Assembly: GCA_030141605.1 (NCBI GenBank)
Contig: JAQGDQ010000003.1
Location: forward strand, 1,364,001-1,428,000
Length of the DNA: 64,000 bases
Direction of reading: 5' to 3'
DNA from: Tubiluchus corallicola
Lineage: Eukaryota > Animalia > Priapulida
Shown here: positions 40,901 through 54,062 of the stretch, piece after piece
Position numbering within the stretch: position 1 is the stretch's first letter
How the letters are laid out: the number at the start of each line of letters is the position of its first letter
Translations under genes and position numbers: made by a program
Notes under the pieces: generated by a model
What the model saw: only the letters and a program-made list of their open reading frames with translations
Told to the model about the DNA's origin: nothing
Database searches by the model: none

Positions 40901-42303
40901 CATTACATAACCGCATCCGTTTTGTTTTAATACCCGTAATAACTTACCGCGGTCACCCCGGTCAAACGCCTTCTCGAAATCTATAAATATGATGAACATT
41001 TTCCTCTTCTTTTTACGAGCAGCGTCAATCAGTAATCGAAGGGTCAAAATTTGCTTGATAGAATCTCTTTCAGCCTGGCTACCCACTTGTTCTGGTTTCG
41101 GTTTTATCCACAATTTTAAACGTTCGTTGATCAGGCAATGGTATATTTTGCAGCAAGCTTGTATAATACTTACGCCTCTATAATTATCACATGAGGCTGC
41201 ACATCCCTTTTTAAATAGTACAAAAAACTTGGATATACACCACGATGAGGGGAAATCACACTGCAAGAAAACTGTGTTCAAAAGGTTTACTAAGACCATT
41301 ATCCATTTTACATGTAATAACGGAAGAGAGACGTTTGTATACCATTTGGACAACTGCTCTTTCTGCGTTTTGTGTCGCAATCACTTTTTTGCATCTCCTC
41401 CGTTGTAAATGGGTCATCTAATACGGGGACGTACATTTGGTAATTCTCTAATTCATCAAGTAAGTTGTTGGATGCGGTATGGCTATTTAACAGGTTTTCG
41501 AAATGTATCTTATACATGTTATTTGTAGGGCGGTTTTACGTATTATCTGATCTTGCCTCTCCTTTCCAATTAATCGCTTTCCCGATTTCGCGATCCGACC
41601 CACTGGATAGCTTAAGTCTTAACCAACGTTCATTTGTGTTTAGGTTATCTGGGACTTGGTTTCTGTTTTGTCTTTTGGCTCTTCGACTAGAGTCATACAT
41701 GTTGTCAATTAACATTTGCGATATATTTTCGGCGTCACTCGTATATAATTCATTTGTAATAGGTACATTGTTTATAAGTTCTTGGAATGCATCAACGTCT
41801 GAGTCACATATCTGAATCATTTTTCTACACAAACCTGGTGTGTCGTCTTTGACAGGTATTTTCCTAAATTACCTGCACGTTTATTCAGCTTTTAGATATC
41901 CACATGATCAATTTTACAGAGAACGTCAGTGGTGCGTGATTCCATGGAAGTATCACGTCGTTGATGGTTTTAAACTCTATGATATCAGAGATTACTTTTT
42001 TTGAAACAATAGCGAAGTCTAATTGATAAATCCATCGGTTTCTCATGCGAAATGATAATCCTCCACCGAATTTTTGTCTGCAATAATTTAAATGATTCAA
42101 CGGCATGAGTTCATTATCTGTGCACAGTCCAAAGTGCTGCATGCTGTAAAATGGAGATTCTTGTGGTGGAATATATATAAACCACCTGTAAAATACGTTT
42201 AAAAACTTTAGTAGCTAATTTACAGTAAACAGTTAAACAATAACATACACGGAATTAATTTCTCGAATAAAGAACTTACTCGCGCGCGTTTGCATACCAT
42301 TTG

Positions 42304-42339
<36 letters not shown>

Positions 42340-45300
42340 AAGCTTTTTAATTTGGCAGGGTTTCGCCCAGCATTCAAGTACTTTAATAAGTGGGTTTCAC
42401 TTGCGGGAGCTTTGATCTGTCTGGCTGTGATGTTCGTTATAAATTGGTGGACGGCCCTGCTTACTTATGTCATCATTGGCGGTTTATATATGTATATACA
42501 TCACACTAAACCAGGTACGTAAAACAGCTGTCTCGGGATTTTTCTGAAACCTACTTAAGGTACGCCTTTTCTTGTCCTTTAACGTCAAGTAATAATCGTT
42601 TTAACGTTCACAAAATGAACCGAAATGTAGCTCATTTTCATAACCGATACTAAAGTAGTCGTTCCGTTCTGTTCTGTTCTATTTACTCCTACCTTACTTG
42701 CATGGTTCTTGTGTAGCGTCTTGAATTTCCGGTTGTTGACGGTTGTTTTTTTTTTGGTTGATTGGTTGATCGGTCGGTTGGTCGGCTGCCCTATTATTTC
42801 ACTGTTCTGCTCGTTTGCTTCCTTATTAGACTTGCTATCTTGGTGGTTAACTGGAAGCTCAGTTGATTAAATGTTTTATTGGCTGACTTGTCACTTCATC
42901 CATTATTTCTTTTTTGTGTAATAATTAATTTCTTCTTAGATGCAAATTGGGGTTCGTCTACTGAAGCTCACAAGTATAAAAGCGCACTTTTTGACATTTT
43001 AAGGCTCAACCGGACACACGATCACGTTAAAAATTACAGGTACGATATAAACATGTGTGTATAAGAAGCCTTTATAATAGGCCCTAAGGTATTGCTCAAC
43101 TCAAACAAGATTGCATTAGACCACAGGTTTGAATTTAGGGAGGGAACCAAACAATTTTCTTTTGGTTAAGTTTTCAATTCAGTTTTTTGTTGTTGTTGTT
43201 GTTGCTTACTTTTGCGTTTTTTGCGCATGCAGTATTGGACTCACTAACCGACGGACTTACATTCATTCAAAAACTACTGACTCAAAGCAGGATCGGGCTT
43301 ACAGTTTTGTCCGTGACTCGCTTTTTCAAGGTCGCCAACTATTCCACTAAACCTGTCTCTTCTTCCTACTATAAATTACCCAAGCTTAGTTACCCAACTT
43401 TTTACCTTTTTTATGAGTTAAAATTATTGACTTTGAACTACATATTCAAGCTTACCGCTTAGCTTTCCCAATTTGACCCAAATTTAGTTGCCAGACTACT
43501 AATAGCTTTGGGTTTTTGATTTGCAATTGATCTCTGACTATGAACTACTACTCAAGATCTAATATTATATTATTAAATTATTAAAACCACTTGGCATTAT
43601 AAGTTGCTCAACTCTTATGAATATAAGTTGTAATTAGCCATTGATATTAAACCACCCACTCAAAGTCACCGACCATCTCATTATCTGGTCCATCATCTGG
43701 TACTGTAAAGCTCAGCCTTTGGTTCTCAACTCTTTACAGTATTTCAGTTTTAAGTCCCTTTCAGTTGTGTGTTCCTTTACTTGCGAAATACATTCCTTTA
43801 CTTGTGTTCCTTTGCTACTTTGAAATCAGACCAAAATCATGGGAACTTGACAGTTTTTGCCAAATTATAGAACTCTTTTAACTATGAAACTACAGATGTT
43901 TTCATGTCAACATACCTATGTTAAAATAAGCAATGACAATTATTAATTTATAGGTGCTTACAGAAATATTACTGACATTCGCACTGTATTGTTATTGCAA
44001 TTAAACCGAATACCTAATTTTGAATAGGAACCCAATAAGTGATGTAGTAGCTAATTATCTAAGTAAAATTATTAATAACAGTTTTTCGGCAGACCGCAGG
44101 TATTGGTACTTTGTGGAGATCCTCGTGCAAGACCAGCTCTTGTCGACTTTGTGAGCAATTTTACCAAGAATGTTAGCCTTATGATTTGTGGAAATGTCGT
44201 TCTGGTACGTAGCTTGCATTTGGCTTCAACCTCGTGACAATAACAACAACGACAGTGACAGCAATAGCATTGAGGTCTTGTATGCCAATCTGTCACTTAC
44301 TGTTCACTCACTCTCTCATTTATTCATTCGTTCGTTCGTTCGTTTATTCGTTCGTTCATTCATTCATTCATTCATTAGTTCGTTCATTTATTCGTTCGTT
44401 TATTCGTTTATCACTGTCACTAACATGATTATCATTTTATTTTCGAGTGCATTCATTTGTGTATATATGCAAATAAAGATAGTGCATATATTAATGTCAT
44501 AGTCAACGTTACCACAAGAAACGGTTATTATTCTGAACTCGTGTCTTATATACGTGGATCTTTTGAATTTCTTGTGCATATCTTAAACTTTTCTTTGTTA
44601 GTGTTTGCTTCCTAGCTTGTTTCTTACTGTGCTGTCGAAAGAATAATTGTGCTCTTTATTGAAAGATAAATAATTTTAGTGTTTTAATTTATATGGACGC
44701 AGCTAGTCATCTAAAATAAAACATTATTATGTTCAAGATTTTATCAGTACTAATAATATGATCACAAAACTATTCAAAGGATAAAAAACCCAAGCCGGAT
44801 GCAGACGAAATCAACGCATATTTAAGCAAAAGAAAGAACAAGACATTTTATGCTGCTTTGACAGGCGTTAGTTTGCATTCTGGAGCCATTTCGTTAATGC
44901 AGGTATGTATAGTTGTTTTCAGTAGCCTAAATTCGGCTTGCTGATTCTTTGAAGTTACAAGTGGTGTTGGGACACCCAGTCACCCGTTAGAATTCATTAA
45001 CTTGGACAATGCACAAGTCTAAGTATATACAAAAAAACAAGGAAAGCATTTCCGACAGGAGAAGATGCTACCGTGCTTTGGCCAAAGTCAAATGTCAAGC
45101 AGATGACATTTCGAAAAGGAGTTAATCTGTGCCAGTAGAGTTCATAATATAACGTGCCGAAAAAGGCCAATGTTTTTTGCTTGTAAAGAATGATAGAGCG
45201 CAAAACCTGCAACGCTGCAGGACAGTGCCTGACAACCCTCTAATGTATTAAAATTGTTATCACACATAGTATTTTGAAGTAATCAAGTAACTACCGTTTA

Positions 45301-48300
45301 TTTTTTAATTCAGTTAGAGGTAGCGCATTGGCATCATCAAAACTGCTAAGTGGTATAGTTACATTTTTGGTTTCAGTGCTCTGGACTTGGAAAGTTGCAT
45401 CCCAACGTCGTCATCCTGGGCTTCAAGCATAACTGGGCAAAGGACAGTTCTGTGAATGTAAGGAACTACCTCCGTATTATTAGGTACAAAATATGGTGCA
45501 TTCCCTACTTTGTCAAATGGTGTTACGATAATCTTGCAAGCTTTTGTGTTAACCGTTGTCATTTCCGCTGTATTATGTATAGCTACAATATTTATACCAA
45601 AAACATTTTAAGGTGCAATAATCATTTTAATAAATGTTATTGTTCTTATAAATATATTAGCTAAACTATCATTTGCTACATACTTTTGCACGTTCCACAG
45701 TGACGCAGTTGCATTGAAGCTAGGCATTGGGATCTTGTACGTTAAAGGGGGATTAGACTGTGACGTCATAGGCGAAGATAACATTCTTCCTGTGAATGAA
45801 AATGAGTCCGACGATGAACTAGAAGATGAACTATCAAGTGATTCAGAAACGTCAGGTATGTATACAATAATTATCATGTGTTCAAACGTAACATTTGCTT
45901 CTATGGATTTAGATTTCAACCTCGTGACTATAACATTTAGATTTCTATGGTGGCGGCTGCGGCGGCGGCGGTAACAGCAGCTGTGTTAGGAAAGCCAGTG
46001 AGTAAGGTCAAATGTTAAGAAATGACAAAGATTGAGGACCAGTTAGAGATGACTGATATTTTATTTGATGTTAGTGTTCGTCATATGCCTGCAGTACAAA
46101 AGAATGTACAATGCTTACAACTCGTACTTCTATGTATGGGAACCTTGTTTACGAAGGTGGCTTGCTATGTCCTGAAGCCGTCTTGTCAATACGCATGGTT
46201 AGCGTCAAATATTAACCGCTGTTTGTGTGTAATATGTGTAGTAGCAAAAGGATATAATTTTGTCAAATATTATATAAAGAGTGTATTATTTTGCATCACA
46301 CCAAGTATTTTACACAACGTTTTATATTATTACATTATTATATCAAGTATTATAATTATTTTCTATAGCCCGTATAATGTCAACTTGACATATGTGTTAA
46401 ATGTTGTGCACTAGTATAGATTAACTTCTTTTTCCTTGGATTACTTGCTTAATTTTACCAAATTTTTGTTCATAGCCGCAGAACCAGAAGAAGCATACAT
46501 GCCGCAATCAGATTCCCGAGCATCCCTGTCTTCACAGAGAATTTCCGAGCCCAAAGGATTGATGGAAATGAGCAAAGAACTTGTCGGATTCAGCTCAAAT
46601 TTTGTGAAACTCCACGCCGGTGACACGAACAAAATTAAAACTGTCAACCTGTTTCACAGGAAACAGAAACAAGGCTTTATTGATATATGGTACTTAACTG
46701 ATGACGGTGGTAATTATAACTTCGTTATTCATGTCAAATTTATGTTTTCATTGCGTTTATTTTAATAATTTTTTTCGTTTATTCCTTTGTGACAAAAGCA
46801 GCAATTCAGTCGCACTCTAGAGACCGAACCAGTCAACTGCGTTGATTTACTTAGTTTTTTATATCATAGCTACCAAAATTCGTTTCTAAAATTTATAACG
46901 CTTTTTTTAGTTTATTATTATCAAACTAATTATCAAACAAGCTTTTCTCATTCGATATTCAATTCTTCTTAGGGTCCGACACACAGTCAGTACTTTTAAC
47001 GAACAACTGTGTGCGTACGGTATTAGAAACTAGTTTTCAGTTCACGATATAGCTTAGCAAAACTGTATTTGACCTGCAAAAGTTAGAAAGCCATGAACAC
47101 ATGGAAAATTCATATTCAGTCAAATAAGCACAACCGGTGCTTTGCGAGTTGGGACCTATGATTTGGTGAGACCTTCTGGCCTTGTCTTTGGTTATCCCAA
47201 TCCAAACACGCAAGTCTATCATTTAATGAAATTTACTAGTATCGTAAAATTGCAGGTTTAACGTTGCTGTTGCCACATGTCTTAAGTGATTCCCGGCGTT
47301 GGTCAAGATGCGAAATGAGAGTATTTTGTCTCGCTTCTCAAACTGATGCGAATAAGGAAAAGGCAGAGTAAGGCTATTTTTTTAAAATAAATTTTAATGA
47401 TTATTGTAAGCAAATTCAAAATTATAAAACCATTTTTATTAGTGTGAGCATGAAATAGCTGCGTCAAGCTTATTATTCTTGGACAAGAACTAAGAAAGGC
47501 AATTGCACAAGTTCAGAAGACTATGGTACTTGTTTTGTTGTTGCTTGTTTATGATTAAATTAATTATACATCTTATACTTAGATCGTCTGGTGCTAACTC
47601 ACGGCATTACCGTAACTACGTTTATACTGAACGCTGCTTTGCGTTTTTGTACTAGCAATGCTTTTTCGATTATTTTTTTCATGGGACTTTGTTTTTTGTA
47701 TTTTTCAGTATGGCTGCCATGTTAGCCAAATACAGGATTGAAATTGCAGAACTGAATATCGTCACTGATCATGAAAAGCCGCCAAATGAAAAAAGGTAGA
47801 CTTATTAAGAGAGCGTCCTCGGTGTATAACTCGAAAATATTGTGTAGAATTATGTAACAACAAGTTTACAAGCAACAATAAAAACCTTACTGCTGCTTTG
47901 TACACTCGAGGAAACCTTTCGATATGGGATGGCGTTCAGCACTTTATTTTAAAATTTAAACAATATGGTGAAGGCGAATACTTCATTAGAAACCTACAAA
48001 GCATGTATTCGAATTCATTATATTTGTGAAGTTAAATCACGGCCTTACATAAAAAATACCTTATTACGTAGGTGTCAAACAAGGTTGTCCATTAGGTTCC
48101 ACCCTCTTTTCGGGCTTAGTGAAAGGATATACCAATTTTTCTTACTTCTCGTATAGTAATCCATCTATTTATATAATACTAAAGTTAACCGTTTACTTTT
48201 TGCTGATAATATGGTCTAAAGATGGACTTCAATACTTAATTGTTAGTACTAAAAACGAAATAATAATATTTAATAAGACAGGTAGAAAAATAAAGAATCT

Positions 48301-50081
48301 TAATATAGTCCAAACTTATGAATAATTAAGCATTGACTTTTCCGATTCTGGTTCATAAAAACAATGTGGAGATAAATTAAACGACAAAGGACTAAAATCG
48401 TAACCCGATAACTGCAGGTTACTGCTGCTGCAAAGTTATAGCAAAATCAAAGCACTTTTACTAGCACAAAAAATCTGATAATTGCTATAATCGAAGAAAC
48501 ATTAAAAATGATTATGTCAATTCATAGAACACGGATTTCCTTAACGATGATAGAAAAGACGGACAAAACAAGAACCTACGGAACTCTCAAAACCCAATAT
48601 AAAATGAAAAATACTACTTGTCCGCACTTAATAAATGCGAGAATTCACTAAGCTTAGAATAAGTTCAATATATTGTATGCTGAAGCAGGTCGTTTTCATA
48701 ATCCTAAACAAATTGCAACCGAGAATCGCATATGGCAATACTGCGTAAAGTCGGAAATAGGCAATGAATTTCACTTTATATTACATTGTACTTTATATGA
48801 CGACCTGAGATCTAACTTATATAAAAAAAACTGAAATACATTGTAGTTTGTACCTACTTTTGCTGTTATATCTGAAGAAGAGAAATTTAAGTTTTTAATG
48901 GATCAGAATGAATCAGACTTTCTTAAAATTATAATCAACTTTGTATATGCTGTAACTGAATTACGTGTAATGATATTTAAATTTCACACACGCGCTTCTC
49001 ATATGAAAATGTATTGTAAATTGACTGTTAAAAAGCTAATACTTTTTAACACTAACTTATCTGTCTTTTAAACTGTTGAATGCGCCTAAATTAATGTTTG
49101 TTTACTAGAAAAACTGTTTGATGTTCTATAGTTCTGGTACGTATCTTACTTGTTATAATTTTCATGAAATTTTTTGTTTGGCGCAATATTAAAACAGAAA
49201 CAGAAATGTGTAAAAACCACTGTAATGTTTGTAAAGAGTCCTATTAGGCCATCAACCTTTGTCGCACTGAACAAGTATTTTGTATCATGTTTAGCGCTAG
49301 AGACTTCGAGAACCTAATCAGGGATGTGAGAAATCAAGACACGACCAGCGCAAGGCCTGGAATCAACGAATCTGACTTGAAGCTAAATAAACAAAAAACC
49401 ATGCGCTATTTACGACTCCGTGAACTGCTAATCGAGCATTCCAAAAAATCCGCAAATCTCATCGTATTGTAAGTTATAGCTAAACTCTAATTCTTACCTC
49501 GCACTGCACTTGCAATTTAAGAATACGTGAATTGTGCTGTGGCCTGTACGACTTGTTGCGTACTGCCGTACGGGTCTCCTGTCCCCAATGTCATATATTA
49601 TTTTTTATAATATTATGTACTTGTATAGTACAATTGGTTCGACATGTGGAACGAATAAATTTTCATAAAGTTAAAACTATTCGCAAACTTGAATTAAGCG
49701 TGTTGTCGTCAGCATCATCCCTTTAGAGAACTTGAACTGTTAATATGATACAGTGAAGAAACTATGGAATATTACTGTGTAGAAACAATTGAATATAAAA
49801 TATTTTCAGCTTTTTGTGGAAACTTGCCTAGCAGCTGCTAATACTTAAAATAAGATATTCGGCAACGTACGTTACTGGATTACTGGAATGCTTCTTTGAC
49901 TGCCTTTCAAAGTTTTCTTGCAAGGTTTTTTTGTAAACATTTTAGGTCATTACCTGAGCTTCCTACGGGCAGTGTGTCTACGTACATATACATGGCGTGG
50001 CTTCATTTCATGATTCATGCGTTGCCACCAGTGTTACTCTTACGAGGAAACCAACAACGTGTGCTGACGTACTTGTCATAG
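30330..50081 (+). CDS. SLC12 cation-chloride cotransporter, NKCC-type, paralog 1 (24 exons, ~950 aa)
   Basis: Exons: 30330-30368 (tentative), 32187-32303, 32513-32588, 33379-33474, 34030-34169, 34774-34884, 35286-35397, 36987-37114, 37733-37833, 38060-38162, 38305-38412, 38705-38828, 38976-39077, 42359-42514, 42940-43039, 44093-44204, 44780-44902, 45377-45483, 45701-45855, 46476-46709, 47256-47367, 47709-47795, 49295-49468, 49946-50081; 2853 nt, open frame. Motifs: [105 protein letters not shown]. Confidence 0.95.
30968..31080 (+). repeat. Compound trinucleotide microsatellite (TTA/TTG/TCG/TCA)n
   Basis: Consecutive TTA, TTG, TCG and TCA runs, directly visible. Confidence 0.95.
31900..31983 (+). 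repeat. (CA)n/(CGCA)n microsatellite
   Basis: Directly visible alternating purine-pyrimidine run. Confidence 0.95.
32915..33310 (+). mobile_element. Dispersed non-autonomous element, copy 1
   Basis: Starts GGCATTTGGGCAC-GGGACATTTGGGCAC and ends GCGTCCAAATGGCC (imperfect inverted termini). The body is homologous to the reverse complement of 52010-52390. Confidence 0.75.
39473..42190 (-). mobile_element. Decayed LINE (APE endonuclease + RT; RTE/RTEX/Proto2-like) in SLC12 paralog 1 intron 13
   Basis: Minus-strand fragments: [18 protein letters not shown]...WNHAPL (APE), FKKG...[46 protein letters not shown], and C-terminal [10 protein letters not shown]...[22 protein letters not shown] followed by a (TAC)n tail at ~39473-39490. 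Many frameshifts and deletions. Confidence 0.92.
44305..44410 (+). repeat. (TTCA/TTCG/TTTA)n tetranucleotide repeat
   Basis: Directly visible; it produces the low-complexity ORFs at 44188 and 44234. Confidence 0.9.
47960..48990 (+). mobile_element. Decayed LINE 3' fragment (RTEX-like) in SLC12 paralog 1 intron 22
   Basis: Plus strand gives VGVKQGC (RT), RTYGTLK, LRISS..AEAGRF and [23 protein letters not shown] (C-terminal Cys/His motif), with stops and frameshifts. Confidence 0.8.
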
Positions 50082-50153
50082 GCAGTAGAGCTGCCACCAG
50101 TGTTACTCTTACGAGGAAACCAACAACGTGTGCTTGTCATAGGCAGTAGAGCT
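50024..50153 (+). repeat. Tandem duplication of the SLC12 paralog 1 stop-codon region (69 bp + 61 bp)
   Basis: GCCACCAGTGTTACTCTTACGAGGAAACCAACAACGTGTGCT[GACGTACT]TGTCATAGGCAGTAGAGCT is repeated; the second copy lacks the bracketed 8 nt. Confidence 0.97.
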
Positions 50154-51119
50154 AAATATGCCTGCAAACGTGTTGCTTCTAATGCAAAGTTACAGATAAT
50201 AAGCTGGCCGGCTGCCTGAATCGCCAGCCATAAACAAGCGTAATAACATTTAATGCTTATATTTAGTATTGCAAAGAAATGCTAACACATCACGAAGCAC
50301 AAGTGTCAGTCTGCACATGTATTTATCTAAGTTCTCAGCAACTCTTTTAGAAAAACCAAATGTGCCTGGCATTTTAGTGAATTCTAGCTAAAAACACACA
50401 CTCAGCAGGATTTGTCACTTCTATTTACAGCTGTATTAAATCATTATTTTTAAACTTGTAACTGATCAAAAATGGTTTTTTTTGTTTTGTCATCCCTAGA
50501 TTACTCGAGGAAAAATACTTGAGGTGGCATTTTATGAGCTGGTACCGTCATCTTGCATCCTACTACATTACCGTGGAAAGCTTCAATAAATTTCTGTAAT
50601 ACAAACAAATGGAACAATGTGTTCATTTCGCGTCTTGCTAATTTTTTAAGGCTAGACTTGACTTTAACCTTGAATTTACATTGAACCCAAAGTCAAAAGT
50701 AACACCATTAACGGAAAGCCCTTCTTTGTTACAATGCAGAAATAGTTGAGTATATCGAGCTACATGGTTTTCACAATACAGTCCATTCGATTGTTATGTC
50801 TCTGTGTACTTAAAAAATCGGTCGAGGTGAACTGTTGCATCACCAATGAGAAGCCCCACTCTGTTTTCCTATGTGATTTCAAAAAAACTACTTGTCTGTC
50901 CGTCTTGAACTATTTTGAAGATACACAGAAACACGAAATTTGAAACTTTATTGGACTTTAGCAGAGCCAGCAATGCAGCATTAACCAAAACATCTAATAA
51001 TTTAGAGAGAAGCCAATAAATAATTTATTACTACCAATAACTATCACGACAACATAATCTAGTGACTAAGTCATCGAAATGTCTTGTCAAATGCGATGAT
51101 TTAGTCATTAAGCTATTAT

Positions 51120-51321
51120 ACTGTCTACGTAGTTATTTGTAGTTTACTGTATTTTTAGTTCTTTTTTATATTTCTGTTTTTATCTGTGAGTCTAAGTACT
51201 TTTAGGATTTATAAGAAGTGTGTTGGAATTTTAATGTAATAGAAGTCAGGGGATTAATCCCCTTTTGGCCATCCTGACTGTTATTTCAATTGCTTTTATA
51301 CTCAAATAAATCTATCTATCT
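51120..51321 (+). mobile_element. LINE/SINE 3' tail fragment
   Basis: Stem-loop GTCAGG-GGATTAATCC...CCTGAC, then AATAAA and a (TCTA)n tail, a typical CR1/L2-group 3' end. Confidence 0.5.
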
Positions 51322-52009
51322 TGAAGATAGGCTAGTGCTTTTCTGAAATTTGCCATGGTCATAAAAATAAGAGGACAGAGAGAGCCGGATTATGATATTT
51401 TGGAGCCCTTAGGCTAATTTAATTATGGGTCCCCTCAGACGTAGCTACCCTCTAAGTCGCCTGCGCATAGATTACATAGCTATGTATACTACTTACAAAT
51501 TCTTTAAATAAAACAGTATAGCTACCTTTTGTTTGTCAATAAAAGTATTCTTTAAGAAATACTACTATTTTACTAGTTATTCCAAACCAAATTAGTACAT
51601 ATTTCAACATAACCGCAGTGGAACAACGGATTTTTTACCAAGGCTTTTTTATACCAAAATCAATGTTACCAAAGCTTAAGACGCGAAACATTTAGGCCCA
51701 GCGTCGACGCACAACTTATGTTTAACGTGATTTCTGTTTTGAGCTACAAATCACGCTTCCTAATAAGTAAAATTACTGTGCTAATCCTCGTCCATTGCTT
51801 GATTACCATGTAACTTTTAAAATATCTAAAGTTTTTATAAGAAAAGAAATAAATATTTCCCTGAATGCGATCGATCGCATAACGCAGGATACATCACCAC
51901 ATTCTATTTAGTATAACAAGCAATCAATGAATATTATAGTATTGCCTATAATACTAGTTAAATTACTACTCTAGTTGTGCCAACGGTAAATCTTGGTGTG
52001 AGAAATTTT

Positions 52010-52390
52010 TTGTGACGCACATTGCTGTTTTTTCGATGCAGTAGATATTTTTGGAATAAAATGCTGTAATATTCTAATAAAATGCCAATGTTACCCTGCT
52101 GTGTCTTCTTTTGTTTCGTTCAGTTTAAAAGCTACACAAAAATAGTGAATTACGTAGGAAAAAACTAGAAAGTGCAGTCAATTGACTGGTTTTAATTTTT
52201 ATATCATAATATTGCTGCATACGTTAAATTTGGTGACACGATGATTTTCAGAAAAATATTGTGAGAGTTAGGAAGTTATATTGAGTTAGTAAAAAAATAA
52301 TAAACAAAAATAAAAAACTAGGTACAACATTGAATTTATGGGTGCCCAAATGTCTCGAGCCCAGGTGTCCCATGGTCAAATGACCCATAC
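52010..52390 (-). mobile_element. Dispersed non-autonomous element, copy 2
   Basis: Its reverse complement carries GACATTTGGGCAC, TTCCTAACTCTCA.AATATTT and GTCAATTGACT..GCACTTTCT, shared with 32915-33310. Confidence 0.75.
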
Positions 52391-53183
52391 CTAAAAAAAA
52401 ATCCTTGTTTTCTTCACAAGTTTTCATCCTGACAGACTTCATCGGCTGCATGAAGAAGTTTCAATAAATTTTAGTGATAGTTTTCCAAAAAAACAACATA
52501 GTTATAGTTGTGGAAGAAATTACAAATAAAATAAATAAAAAATAAAAAAAATGTTATTAAGATATTCAGTTCACGAACTAATTTGTTAGTTCAGCTTCTT
52601 TACGAACCTAAATTAATAGTAATTTTAGTATTGTATTTTTTGTGCAGCTTATGTGTGAGAGTCAGTCAGAAATAAAACGTCCTAGAGAAAATAAAGATTT
52701 TTTGAGACTTAGAGCATTTTGGTTTTTTGTTTGTCTATCACACAAAGCCCAAAAAAAGAATTATAACAACATTTTATGTCCAGATGAGATTGACTCGACT
52801 GAGTGAGGATGTGTTTGTCTAAAAAATTTATGTTTGTCTCGCCTAAAGAAAAGATCGAGGTTCAAGCCAAGATCAGCTGGAAACAAAGATACATGTGCTA
52901 AGGAGATTTTAAAGAAATTGCAGTAATCATAATGGAATATTTATAAAACTACAAGTAAAGATGTTGACAAAAAGTGGTGACAGTGTTTCGAGTCTTGATC
53001 TTAAATATCTGAGAAAAGTACCTGATATATGGTAGAGAGGGCGCTGTGCAGAAACGAAATCACGGTACCCACCTAGCTCAACTTTTACCGATTTACGTTT
53101 TACCTTTGTGCTGGTTGGGCGTCGTGTAAGCCAATAGCCAAAGTAGGACAATTGGCGTACATGGGCTGCCCAAGTACTAGGGA

Positions 53184-53876
53184 GCCGAGTAATCCATGAT
53201 TAGCGCAAGTAGGACGTGTCGTACATGGGCAGCCAAAGTAGGACACTAGAGACAGGTCGCGAATTCAGTCGTTAAGCGTACTAGCACCTTCCGCTGACCT
53301 TGTTTATGTAATAATTAAAAACGTCAATACACGTTGAATAATTTATTTTACATCTGATAAAATAAAAGAATTTTATTCTGGGCTAGTATAATTAATATTT
53401 GTCAATTCTTTAAAGTGAAATAAGCACACTTTTTAGGCGATTCCAACATTGGCTTAAGGTATATCGTTTTTTATTTTGTCTTACTTCACAGACAGGTGAT
53501 TCGTTTCGCTATCTCTTGGACAAATAATTGTTTTCTACTAAGTAAACGGGCTAGCTATGTGCTCTACGTAGTTTCTCTCTTTAAAACATTAGATACTTAG
53601 TTTAATGTTATGATGATATTAACGGAGCTAATAATAATGATGATATTGTTGTAAAAAATACATTTGTAAATTGTCAAGGACTATCCGTCATTATTATAAA
53701 GTTACTTTTTTTCTAAAACAAATTTAGTTTTATGTTTTATTAAGTCATAAATCTCGATTCTCGACAGAAATCGCTAGTGCCCTACTTGGGCTGCCCATGT
53801 ACGACACTGCTTTTCCGCAAATTTAGCACATGCGTTTTTCCTGAAGTGTCCTACTGCGGCTAGTGGATTACTCGGC
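53184..53876. mobile_element. MITE immediately upstream of SLC12 paralog 2
   Basis: Perfect 13-bp inverted termini GCCGAGTAATCCA / TGGATTACTCGGC, plus an inverted subterminal block GTGTCGTACATGGGCAGCC(A/C)AAGTAGG.CACTAG. A further copy of the motif lies at 53138-53176. Confidence 0.8.
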
Positions 53877-54062
53877 GTCTGACAGTACTAATTGGTGCTG
53901 TCGGTGATCGCCTGCGGTTTGGCGGGCCAACAATAATTTATTAATTTTTTATTTAGGTCGCAAGTGAAGTAAAAAGATATTTGAAGTTTAAAATATGTTG
54001 CGTGATATCATTTTCAAGGACTGAGCCATTTAGCGCTGCTAAAATGCCTAATATAAACTAAT

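Noticed and set aside
46022-46414. 130-aa ORF and similar intronic or antisense ORFs of 60-130 aa
   Set aside because: They lie in introns or antisense to real exons, have AT-driven composition and show no motifs.
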